Shown here in pieces: positions 36,781-47,356 of a stretch of DNA of 64,000 nt; within the stretch, counting starts at the first letter, position 1, and the number at the start of each line of letters is the position of its first letter. The stretch lies in the NCBI GenBank assembly GCA_004764695.1, contig SMSO01000037.1:1836747-1900746 (forward strand), in the 5' to 3' direction. Both the position numbers and the translations under genes were made by a program. The notes under the pieces are model-generated. The model did no database searches, had not been told where the DNA came from, and saw nothing but the letters and a program-made list of their open reading frames with translations. The DNA is from Schizochytrium sp. TIO01 (lineage: Eukaryota; Protista; Bigyra: Labyrinthulomycetes).

Positions 36781-38241
36781 TATGGCCTACGCAAGGAGCT
36801 GACGAGCTGGAACATTGAGATTCAATCGCGGGCAAGTTCAACAAATATCCGCCTATCACATACTACCTATTGCAACTCTTCATGGGAAAATGCAAGTCAT
36901 AAGGAGATGTAGTACACAAGAGCGAATATATCCTCTGAGTACTAAATGAACGCTGCTCGAACAATCCTTGCACATAGGATCAGCGATTATGAGAACACGC
37001 ACTCCAAAATTCAAAAGCTTTCAGAGTGCTTATATGGGTATTGCCGCCCGAGCAATCCTCACAAATAAAACCAACAATTATAAGAACAGGCATTCCAGAA
37101 TTCAATCTTGATTTCCTTCTCTGCTGAGATCTAACATGTCTCTGGCATAGAAGTATGATCATCCTAGGACATGCAGTCTGCGAAAGGCTGGGCCCGAGGT
37201 AGCCCTGCAAGATTCCTAAATCCATAATAAGCTCCTTAGAATGGCTTGTATTTTTGAGCTTATAATTAAGCTTCTGCTAACCTCAAAGTCCAATTTAGAG
37301 GTGGGCTTATTTACGCACGTTGAATAGACTAGCATACATTTACCCTTCTTTCGCTGGAATGCTCAAGTGTGTTTGTCGCTGTTATCACATGTCCTAGCAT
37401 ATCTATCCAACATGCTCAGATATTAGCTATCATCAATCGGGCAGTTAAGGTACATATATATAAATGTTCTCCCTGGGCTTGCATGAGCTTGCCAAGAGCT
37501 CCTACTACATCTTGTTTACATGGTCTTTTGATGTGAGATCCCTGGCAGGCAGAGTAGGCTCACTACCTTGCTGTTCCTAGCTTAAGATTTGTGTCATAAA
37601 GAGTATCAAGATAGCAAGCATTTTATCAAAGAGTCACCTTTGAGCATTGGTATTTGCTCTCCAGAGAGGAAAGCTCTTGAGCTTGAATACTTAGAAACGC
37701 GCGCACAGTTCAATTATCGTCAACCATGAAGATTGATTCCGTATTTGTTGCAAAAATATGGTACAACCTTTTAAATAAGCCTTAGACAAAATAAGGATGT
37801 TCTCTCGAAGCTAAAGAGTATGAGAGTGATTGCTTTCTCTCGCAATCTAAAGGTCTTCATACACATTCGTTCCTGTCAGTCTGAAAGGTATCTACCTCTC
37901 CACACGCAATACCTAGCCCCCACCGACCAAAGTAGTACCAGTGCTATAAGTATGTTATACTCCGGTCAAGACGCTGCCTGGCACAAGCAAAGCAGTTCGC
38001 AGACGACGCCACCGCAGCGAGGCACAAACGATTCGGTCAGCGAGAACGACACCAGCAACTGCTATAGCATCCTCAGAGACTATCATAAATTACACTGTTC
38101 AAAATGGCGTAGCGGACCGAGGCGACAGGAGCCACCTGTCCCTGAGCTGGACGACCCCACCGACGGAGAAACGGAGGAATTGTGCAGCAAGATACGCTTC
38201 TATCGGCGAAACAAAACACAAAACTTAGAGAAGGACTCGAA

Positions 38242-38301
38242 GAGCTTGAGCTTGAGCTTGAGCTTGAACTTGAACTTGAACTTGAACTTGAACTTGAACT
38301 T
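38242..38301. repeat. Hexamer array (GAGCTT)4(GAACTT)6
   Basis: Directly visible. Gives the ELELEL/LSLSLNLN ORFs. Confidence 0.9.
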
Positions 38302-38649
38302 GAAGAACCTGGGCTTTTAGACCTGAACTTGAGATCAAAGTCGAAGAACCTGGAAACGAGATGCTCCTGGCTGAGGCTGGCTGGCCCAGGTCTACCCGAA
38401 TCGACGACCTGCTGAAGAAGGGAAAGCTCGCCCAGCCGTTTCGTAAATCTTCAGACGCCGCCGCTGCGAGCTTTCAACTTCGAGCGCTCGGCGTTTCGAA
38501 TTGCAGGCCAGTGAGGGTCGTGATCTCGAGCGAGGCCCTGAGACAGCGCAGCGAGCGCCGCGGTGGCAAAGGTACCCGGGTTCGCCGACGGAGGCGTCTC
38601 AGACGCTGTCGATCGCCGCCAGTTCCAAGCTCCAAGTCAGTCGCGCAGA

Positions 38650-38705
38650 GAATGAATGAACGAACGAATGAACGAATGAATGAATGAATGAATGAATGAA
38701 TGAAT
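38650..38705. repeat. (GAAT/GAAC)n microsatellite
   Basis: Tetramer run upstream of the first ALDH. Confidence 0.9.
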
Positions 38706-39831
38706 AAATATCTTGCGAGATCCTACCTTGACCGTAGGCACGCATGCCATGTGCCCAGCCGAGCACGGCATCAATCAAAAGCCGGGCAAGCCGCACGCCG
38801 AAGCTGCCCTCGACGTGCTGCGGCCCAAGTTTGTGGAGCTGGAATGGTTTATGGCCTCGAAAAAGGTAGTCTGCAGAAGGATTTTTCAAACTGCGCGGAG
38901 AAGAGAATAGAACAGAAGAGAACAGAAGAGAACGGAACAGAAGAGAACAGAACAGAAGAGAACAAGATAAGGTAGGATAAGATGGAACACAGGAAAGAGA
39001 ACAAAGAGAACTAGCGGAGCACTCAGTGGGCGGTAGCGGGCGGTAGCTAGTTGAAACGCTAGGCAGGGAGAGGAATTTGGTCCTGCGAGAACTCAGTCCG
39101 CCCGGACCAGCGGAGAAAGATACGGCTTCGCACGCTCCAAAAGTCAGGCAGTTAGTTTGAAGGAGATTTACAGTGCTTGTTTTCAGGGGCCTGGACAGGA
39201 CCATACTGGCAGGGTCCAGGAGCCACGAATGCCGTGTGGTTGATAGAAACATGGGTAGATAGATGGATAGATACATGGTGCGTGATGTTTTGGACCTCGG
39301 AAGAACTGCAAAATGTGGCGAAGGAAAGATTCCGAACTTGAAGTTTGGGCTGCTCTGCGCGACTTTGAGGGACAGAAAACTGAAGCTGGTTTGCAAGATT
39401 TGTCGACCCGTAGTCGATCCGTTCGTTTGTGTGAAAGTGGGTTGGGAGGGAACGACTTCAAGTGCTCGCCGAAAGATTTGGCTTGGACAGTAAGTACCTA
39501 CATAAAGACAGAGATCAGAGAAGCGTGCCTAGTAGCTAACTGGTTATCAGGATGGTTGCAGTGGGGGTAGGACTCGGAAGCTAGAAAGATCCACTCTGCT
39601 GTCTAGCATTCATCTAAGCAATAAAACTTGCTGGAAAGGGAATGACTGAAGAAAAGAACATCTGGTTTTCAAGATGCTTTAGAATACGACAAAGTGCAAA
39701 CTCGGACAGCAGCAAATCCAAAACGTCAAGGCGCAGCTCAACGAAAGCAGTGCGAGAACACTCGAACCCGAGGCAAGCAAAGCTGTAAAAGAGAGGAAGT
39801 GAAACTCAATTAAAGAGAATCTAAAGCCAAG

Positions 39832-41274
39832 ATGAGCGCCGGTGCCGGACAATTCGCAATGTATATCGATGGCAAGCCCGCCCAGGGTAGCCAGGAGCCC
39901 TTTAATGTCATTAACCCGTACGATGGCTCCGTGGTCGCCAAGGCCCCCACATGCGGAAAGGAAGACCTCGACAGGGCTGTGAGCTCCGCTCGTAAGGCCT
40001 TCAAGTCGTGGTCTACTTTGGGCTTTGATGAGCGCAAGAAGTACCTCGCTAAGATGGGCGATGTGCTCGCCAAGAACAAGGATTACCTTGTAGAGCTTCT
40101 TGTCCAAGAGCAGGGCAAGGGACGTATCCAAGCTGAAGGCGAGGTCTTGGCAAGCCAGGGCTGGATCCAGAATGCCCTTGACACGAAGAACCCGAACAAC
40201 CTTCAAGGCGATGGTGACCTCAAGGTACAAAAGACATACCGCCCACTTGGCGTGGTTGGCTGCATCACCGCCTGGAACTTTCCTATCGCTCTTGTGCACT
40301 TTAAGGTTTCTTTTGGTCTTCTCGCTGGTTGCACCTTAATTCTTAAGCCCTCCGAGAACACCCCGCTTTGCACCCTTGAGCTTGCCCGCCTCTACAACGA
40401 AGTGCTCCCTCCTGGTGTTCTCTCTGTCGTCACCAGTGAGAAGAAGGAGCTTGGCGAATGGCTTGTCAACCACCCGGGTATCGACAAGATCTCCTTCACT
40501 GGAAGCACTGCCACGGGTAAGCGCATCCTCGAGAACGCTGCTCGCTCCCTTAAGCGCGTCACCCTCGAGCTTGGTGGTAATGACCCGGCTATTGTGCTCA
40601 AGGACGCTGATCCTAAGCAGGTTGCCGCTGGCATCTTTCAGGCTGCCTTCTATAACAGTGGCCAGGTTTGCATTGCCATCAAGCGTTGCTTTGTGCACGA
40701 ATCTATCTACGATGCCGTCCTTCAGGCTCTCGTAGAGCAAGCTAAGAACGCCCCGTTCGGCAATGGCCTTGACAAGAACATCATTTATGGACCGATTAAC
40801 AACGCCATGCAGTACGACCGTGTGCGCGAGCTTCTCATTGATGCCCTTGACAACGGTGCCAAGATGCACTGCGGTGAGGTCCCCCCCAAGCGTGAGGATA
40901 CTAAGGGATACATGATCAAGCCTGCGGTGCTCAGTAACGTTAAGGAAGGTGTGCGTATTGTTGATGAGGAACAGTTTGGCCCTGTACTTCCAGTCATGCC
41001 TTACAAGACTGTTGAGGAAGCCATCGAACGTGCTAACAATACCGAGTATGGCCTTGGTGCCAGTGTCTGGACCTCTAACGCCGAGGCCGGTGAGGAAGTT
41101 GCTTCCCAACTCAATGCTGGAACTGTCTGGGTCAACACTCATGGTGAGATCGATGGCACCGTTGCTTTTGGTGGCGCCAAGTGCAGTGGCATGGGCCACG
41201 AGGGCGGCCCTGAGGGTCTCACGGCTTTTATGCAGCTTCATGTGATCAAGACCCGCCGCGCAGCTGCTCTTTAA
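39832..41274 (+). CDS. NAD-dependent aldehyde dehydrogenase, paralogue 1
   Basis: WNFP, KPSE, SFTGS, catalytic Glu in TLELGG, catalytic Cys in GQVC, EEQFGP, YGLGASVW, FGG.K.SG. Confidence 0.97.
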   Translation: MSAGAGQFAMYIDGKPAQGSQEPFNVINPYDGSVVAKAPTCGKEDLDRAVSSARKAFKSWSTLGFDERKKYLAKMGDVLAKNKDYLVELLVQEQGKGRIQAEGEVLASQGWIQNALDTKNPNNLQGDGDLKVQKTYRPLGVVGCITAWNFPIALVHFKVSFGLLAGCTLILKPSENTPLCTLELARLYNEVLPPGVLSVVTSEKKELGEWLVNHPGIDKISFTGSTATGKRILENAARSLKRVTLELGGNDPAIVLKDADPKQVAAGIFQAAFYNSGQVCIAIKRCFVHESIYDAVLQALVEQAKNAPFGNGLDKNIIYGPINNAMQYDRVRELLIDALDNGAKMHCGEVPPKREDTKGYMIKPAVLSNVKEGVRIVDEEQFGPVLPVMPYKTVEEAIERANNTEYGLGASVWTSNAEAGEEVASQLNAGTVWVNTHGEIDGTVAFGGAKCSGMGHEGGPEGLTAFMQLHVIKTRRAAAL

Positions 41275-42220
41275 ATTGTCAATTTTGATCTGTCTCACTA
41301 GACTTGCCTCTGCGGCAATTGTCCATTGGGTCCTGCAATTTCGTAAGGACTATCCTCATCTAGGATCCTCTCATTTTTATATCTAATTTCTAATATCTAT
41401 TTCCATTTCTCCTCATCCTAGCTTCGAACGTTTTAATGTTGCGTATTTTCAAATTATAATTTATACGAACCTAAACTATGCACTGAAAGTTTCCAAAGCC
41501 AGTTAGGTGCATTTGTGCATTAGCACCATTGTACTGATCTCAAAAAAATGCTTTCTGATTTTCTTGTAAATGCGGGTCATTGACGAGGGTTCGGACAGGC
41601 GCTTTCAATAATTCTCATTTTCTAAGCTCTCTCTCAAGGAATGTGTCGACCAGAACTTTCTCGCCCGCCATGTTTTTAATCCAACTAGATTTTCTCACTT
41701 GCTGTACAACACTACATTCTGTTGCCTCTCGACCTCTCTTCAAACGTGGTTAGTAGCACTCTGTCCATTCGTAGCACTTCCTGAGTCACTTGTAGCAGTC
41801 TTTCGCACTAATGTTCGTTCCTTCTAACCTAAACTATAAAACTACGCTAGGTGCTATGAGCATACCCAATTAGTAGCACCACCCATTACTATCTGGTAGA
41901 TACTGCTACCTGGCATCTTTTTAGACCAAAATGGCTAATAAATCATTATAGCTGGCGAAGAAGAATGCTTCGTACAAGTCTTCAGCTGCAGAAGCAATCC
42001 CGATATCGCCTCGCAGTTGCCTCGAGAGGAAGCTGTGTGCATACTTAGTGAGTAGTGTCTCCGTCCTTCTCATCGTGATACGGGTAGGACTTGGATATTC
42101 TGAGAGAGTGTGAGTCTGTGAGGTACGGGCGTCAATCCCACTGTTGTTTGTACTTCCGGTTGCCAGGAAAGGGCGGCTTGAGCCGGCAGTGTAGACGGTG
42201 ACGAAGACTTCAAAGCAGTA

Positions 42221-43684
42221 ATGCAGCAGGTTGGCAAACACTTGGCGGCGCAGGGCAGACGCGCGATGATTATTGGAGGGAGGCAAGTTGCGGGCAGTAA
42301 GGCCTTCGATGTGATCAACCCGTTCGATGAGTCCGTGGTGGGCCAGGCTCCGTCGTGCTCTCGCGAGGAGCTCGACGAAGCTGTGAAGGAAGCGCGCAAG
42401 GCATTCCCAGCGTGGTCCAGCAAGACCTTTGAGGAGCGTAAAGAATATTTGGGCAAAATGTCGCAGGTTCTCGCGGATAACGCGGATTCTCTGATTGAGC
42501 TCCTGGTGAAAGAACAAGGCAAAGGCCTCCCGCAAGCCAAAGGTGAGCTCCTCGGTAGCCAGGGGTGGCTCAAGGCCGCCATGAGGCTGGACAACCCCAA
42601 TAAACTACATGCAGAGGATGAGAAGAAGAAGATCCACAAAGTATACAGACCTTTGGGCGTGGTCGGCTGCATTACGGCTTGGAACTTCCCGCTTTCTCTT
42701 ATTCACTTCAAGATTTCCTCTGCCCTGCTTTCTGGATGCACGGTCATCGTCAAGCCCAGCGAGCACACCCCACTAGCCAGCCTTGAAGCTATTCGCTTGT
42801 TCAACGAGGTTCTTCCCCCCGGTGTCTTATCTATTGTGACCAGTGAGAAAGGAGAGCTTGGCGCATGGATGGTTGAGCACCCTGGTATTGACAAGATCTC
42901 GTTCACTGGAAGCACCCCGACTGGCAAGAAGATCATGGAGACCGCAGCGAAAACCCTCAAGCGTGTCACTCTTGAGCTTGGCGGCAACGATCCGGCCATT
43001 GTGCTCAAGGATGTAGACCCCAAGAAGGCTGCCAAGGGCCTCTTTGGCGCAGCTTTCGGTAACAGTGGTCAAATCTGCATTGCTGCCAAGCGTGTCTACG
43101 TGGATGAGGCTATTTACGAGGATACTCTTCAGGCTCTTGCTGAGATCGCCAAAAATGCACCCTTCGGCAACGGACTTGAGAAAGATGTCGTGTTCGGCCC
43201 TCTCAATAACGCGATGCAGTATGACAAGGTGCGCGAGCTTCTCATTGACGCGCTCGACAACGGCGCAGAAATGGTTTGCGGTGAAGTACCCCCTGCGCGT
43301 GGCGGCTCTTCTAAGGGCTTCATGATTAAGCCCGTGGTGCTCCGCAATGTCAAGGAGGGTATGCGCATTGTTGATGAGGAGCAGTTTGGCCCTGTGCTTC
43401 CAGTGATGTCCTACAAAACCATCGAGGAGGCAGTTGATCGGGCTAATGACTCCGAGTATGGACTTGGCGCTAGTGTGTGGACTAAGGATCTTGACAGGGG
43501 AGAGGAGATTGCTAACCAGCTCCATGCTGGCACTGTCTGGGTTAACACTCACTCTGAGATTGACGGCAGCATTGCCTTTGGAGGTGCCAAATGCAGTGGT
43601 GTGGGTTTCGAAGGTGGAGATGAGGGTCTCCTGGCCTTCATGCAGCTGCATGTCATTCGCACCAAGCGCAACGCCAAACTCTAA
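42221..43684 (+). CDS. NAD-dependent aldehyde dehydrogenase, paralogue 2, C-terminal PTS1-like AKL
   Basis: Same ALDH motifs (TLELGG, GQIC, EEQFGP). Ends ...TKRNAKL. Confidence 0.97.
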   Translation: MQQVGKHLAAQGRRAMIIGGRQVAGSKAFDVINPFDESVVGQAPSCSREELDEAVKEARKAFPAWSSKTFEERKEYLGKMSQVLADNADSLIELLVKEQGKGLPQAKGELLGSQGWLKAAMRLDNPNKLHAEDEKKKIHKVYRPLGVVGCITAWNFPLSLIHFKISSALLSGCTVIVKPSEHTPLASLEAIRLFNEVLPPGVLSIVTSEKGELGAWMVEHPGIDKISFTGSTPTGKKIMETAAKTLKRVTLELGGNDPAIVLKDVDPKKAAKGLFGAAFGNSGQICIAAKRVYVDEAIYEDTLQALAEIAKNAPFGNGLEKDVVFGPLNNAMQYDKVRELLIDALDNGAEMVCGEVPPARGGSSKGFMIKPVVLRNVKEGMRIVDEEQFGPVLPVMSYKTIEEAVDRANDSEYGLGASVWTKDLDRGEEIANQLHAGTVWVNTHSEIDGSIAFGGAKCSGVGFEGGDEGLLAFMQLHVIRTKRNAKL

Positions 43685-44210
43685 GTCCTAACTTGAGTTT
43701 GCATCGCCTTTGTAAGCTTTCCACAATAATAGTTTCTTCAAATAAAAGCAGTAATAACGTTTAGATGGAGGAATTTTAGAGCCCAAGAAGTCAATTTTGA
43801 TGCCGATAATTTTCTTTCGTTTCTTTTATATTAAAAATAATATATTCTTCAGATTTAACATTGCCGTCTGGCTATACTGGCCGTGTTATTCTTTTAAAAA
43901 ATAAGGTGATTTCTTCCTATCAATTGGCGGGGTTTTCTGCTTTTAAAGAATAATAAAAATATTCATGTTGAAAAAGTTGTTTAAAAATATATATCTAATT
44001 GTAATTGAAAATAAATAAAAAATAGTTAGTTGGCCATTTTTTAAATGAACGAAGAAGATAGATTCTGGGCGAGGAGTCTTCTTCGCTCATACACTGAACT
44101 ATTTATTATGTAATGAAAACTTGCTAAACAAGTCAGGGAACATTGGTTTGCATAATTTCCAAGAAGACGACCCATTGAGTTCTTTTGAACTCACTCTACG
44201 TGAAAATTCA

Positions 44211-44762
44211 CTATATGGCACCGTTCGTGACTTCGGGTTGCGGTTGGACACTGTCCTTCCCCACCCGTTCATTGGTTGCAAGCATCTTATCCAAATATGC
44301 TTCATACATGTTGTTCAGATCGCGCACCACCTTGATTTTATCATTCTTAGTTTAAAAGGCATCCTGATTCACGTCATCGATAATATTTTCTTTCTGCTTA
44401 AAACGCTCAAACTTATCCAAAGGTTTCGAATCGGCAAGAAGCTGTTCTAGTTGATCGTGATACTTTTTGGCCTCCTCCATCATCTTGTAAACGTTGTCCA
44501 CAACATACAATTATTAGTATGGTTAATGTATCAAAGATGAGAGGCGTCATGAAGTGCGTCCACAGCCTTTTGTAAGGTGGCTTTCCGAGCTGTGTCAAGG
44601 TCCGGTTCCAGTAATTTTCTCTCGGACCAGATAATGAGAGAGGGCACAAGGGCATCGCCCTCGGCTTTGAGGTCCAATGGATTGCCGCCCATACGTTCTA
44701 TCCCAACAGGCTCTCAAGATCTTCGAGGAATGCAAGACGGTGCGTTTCCATAGTTTCATATC
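44211..44762 (-). pseudogene. Decayed protein-coding relic of unknown family (may extend to ~45320)
   Basis: Hand translation of the minus strand gives protein-like helical segments joined by frameshifts, with in-frame stops at 44531-33 and 44352-54: YETMETHRLAFLEDLESLL / IERMGGNPLDLKAEGDALVPSLIIWSERKLLEPDLDTARKATLQKAVDALHDASHL*YINH / LYVVDNVYKMMEEAKKYHDQLEQLLADSKPLDKFERFKQKENIIDDVNQDAF*TKNDKIKVVRDLNNMYEAYLDKML. Confidence 0.55.
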
Positions 44763-46537
44763 TTTTTTATTCAGGAACGGGCCCCTTCAAAAAGAATGAT
44801 GTTTCTATAATAACTTTCGCAAGTCTGCTGCTCTCACGAGAAGTATTTGTCCACTACCCTTTGTAAAAAAATATATATGCTGCGATATGACCTTAACTGA
44901 GCTTCTCTGTGCTGCCAAAACACCACCACTGGTCAAGCTCTCAATCTCTAGCCCCAGGTGGCTATGCTATGCAAGCACTTAAAACTTGAGTAAGCTTTCT
45001 GGTACTTCATACTTTCCTAACTTGGTGAAGAGATAAACTGTCAGGATGGTACTCAGCAACGACATTTTGTCAGGTGGTTCTTGCTCGCTCAAAGCAGATT
45101 TCATTGTGAAAACTGAGCTTACCTATTATGTTTGTATAGAAGAAATCAGTTTGGCAGGCTCTCTTGCGCTTGTTCTTTAGCATCATACCTTAGCACTTAA
45201 TAGAAAGCCTCGTCGAATAAGTCTGCGAGATCAGATATGTGGGTGCTTCCTCTAATTCTTCAACACCAGCGCTCAGACAGAGCCCTGCTGCTCATTTAAC
45301 TCTCTTCGCTAGCTCATGCTGCTTATTTACTATTGAAAGCCTGGTTCTCTAAAGGCTTGCCTTGCTGGCGCAAAGGTAATAGTGCGCCCCATCGATACCA
45401 AAAGACAATCGCAAGCCTCCGCCCCTATTTTCAAAACGAGATTCGCCAAGCACATTTTGAGGTATGCTAGATAACATCAGAAAGCACGTTTCTTTCCTGC
45501 CGCTGCCAGAAGGAGGGCGTGCATCTTGAGCAGTAAGGCTTTCCAGCATCCTTTACAAATTGCAGAGACTGCCGCACATTCCCCCCTGAACACAAAATGT
45601 TCTTCAGATGGCCTCAAATGCACATGAAGCAGGCCACTATCTTTTCAAGGGCTCATTCAAAAGAGTTGCAACTACTCAGGAATTGGGCAACTTGGAAGAC
45701 GAGTATATATATTTGCAAGTGCATTAGGCCTTCTTTATTGGGACGAAGACCAAGTAAGTATCTTCTCTTCTCTCTCTTCGCTTCTCCATTTCATAATTAA
45801 TTGAAATTAAAATAATAGTAATAATAGTATTTATTATTATTTTATTTATTTTATTCTTAATATTTAGTAGAATAGAGGCAAACTCTTTTTGAACTTGGGT
45901 TATCCTGCTTTAGACGACGCTCTGATTGGGGTTTACGGGGAGTTTCAAAGAAAAGTGTTTTTTCTTGTTTAAAAAACTGTCCCAAAACCTATCGATTAAA
46001 AAAACAGCTTCGAGCTTCGCTTGGCGCAAGTAATATCAGTCGACGCCCTCACACCTGAGCACTTTGATCACCCAGCAAGTAAAAGAAGAAAGCCTATCGG
46101 GTATAAAAGGCACTTTGTGATTTGTAGGACTCTGACTTTTGGTTTGTTTTTGTTGCAATGCGCAAAGTATTTCCCGCCCTTTCTTTTCTTATCTTTTTCT
46201 TGAAAGTTTTACAAATGAAAATAGTGAATCGCACACACTAATCAGACAGTAAGATCAAAAAACGTAAAAGTTCGATAACTTATATTTCGATGTGATTGTT
46301 TCATATTAACCATATATTATGTTTAGTTAGATTATTAATAAGAAGTAGAGGTTAGATAAGAAAATGGGGAGGCCGAGGAACCGACAAGCTCCAAACACTG
46401 CAAGTGGAGCAAACCTCGAATACAAACCAGCAAAGTTCTTTCACCATCTCATTGGAAACACGCTAGTCGCTTACTTGATGCTTCAGGTGCTGACGCGTGA
46501 TTTGCGGGGGAGTATTGAAGTAATATACAGCTACTGT

Positions 46538-46562
46538 CTAACCTAACCTAACCTAACCTAAC
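46538..46562 (+). repeat. (CTAAC)5 array at the putative left end of the element
   Basis: Perfect pentamer run (TTAGG on the minus strand). Confidence 0.9.
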
Positions 46563-46691
46563 CAAGCCCTCATGTCCGACACATCCTGTGTATCGGACTG
46601 ACATCATACATTCATTCCTGCCTGTATCCAGACCTGAAACCCCAATAACTCATATATCATCCTCTTTCTCTTTCTCCTGAGTTCGTCATCC

Positions 46692-47356
46692 TTGTCAGAC
46701 TACCTCTCCACGCTTCACAGCTCAGGCTACTCTGCAATAGGAAGTTTGGGGTCTCAGCAAGCGCCCTTCGGGGCTGGGCCGACGGCGGACGCGTGCGCTT
46801 CGCGCGCTTCCCCGGAGGCAAGCGCATCTATGTCAGCGACGATGTTGAGCGCATCTTTGATTGCGGTTCCACCGGCCGCGAGCAACGCAGCTCTGGATGT
46901 ACCGTTATCTACGCCAGAGTGTCCTCAGTCAAGCAAAAGGAGGACCTCGAACGCCAGGTTGGCGATCTCCAGCGCGCCTACCCAGATGCTTCCGCCGTCT
47001 ACAAAGACATCGGTAGCGGGGTCAATTTCAAACGCCAAGGTCTGTGCTCCCTACTGGACGCCTGTGACCGCGGCGGAATCGGCCAAGTTGTGGTCATGCA
47101 CCGCGACCAACTTGCGCGAATCGCAGTCGACCTCTTGGAACACCTTTTCGAAAGATAAAATGTCAAACTCGTGGTACACGGCCAAGATGCACATGCCGGA
47201 GACTCAGACACCTTCACCAAAGACCTCCTCGGAATCATCACCGTCTTTGTGGCATCGCATCACGGAAAACGAGCAGCGCAAAATAGACGGCGACGACGCA
47301 GCGAGGAAGAAGCGAGCTCGCACGAAGGCGCGCAAGACCATCAAGAAAGAATATAA
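46692..47356 (+). pseudogene. tnpA: IS607-type TnpA (MerR-like HTH plus serine recombinase), disrupted
   Basis: Frame of ORF 46793 extended both ways reads RKFGVSASALRGWADGGRVRFARFPGGKRIY (HTH), VIYARVSS.KQKEDLERQ (catalytic Ser, 46910-46927), DIGSGVNFKRQGL, HRDQLAR, then in-frame TAA 47156-58, then NVKLVV...DLLGIITVFVASHHGKRAAQNRRRR. No in-frame ATG upstream of the HTH. Confidence 0.9.

Noticed and set aside
40336-43651. Long antisense ORFs (320 aa, 274 aa, ~200 aa) over ALDH genes; similar shadows over GCDH, PP2C, GT32 and Fanzor
   Set aside because: In-register antisense shadows caused by codon bias of the real genes; no motifs.
46538-46562. (TTAGG)n as a true telomere or chromosome fusion scar
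   Set aside because: Only five units, internal, with no subtelomeric context; kept only as a possible element-end feature.
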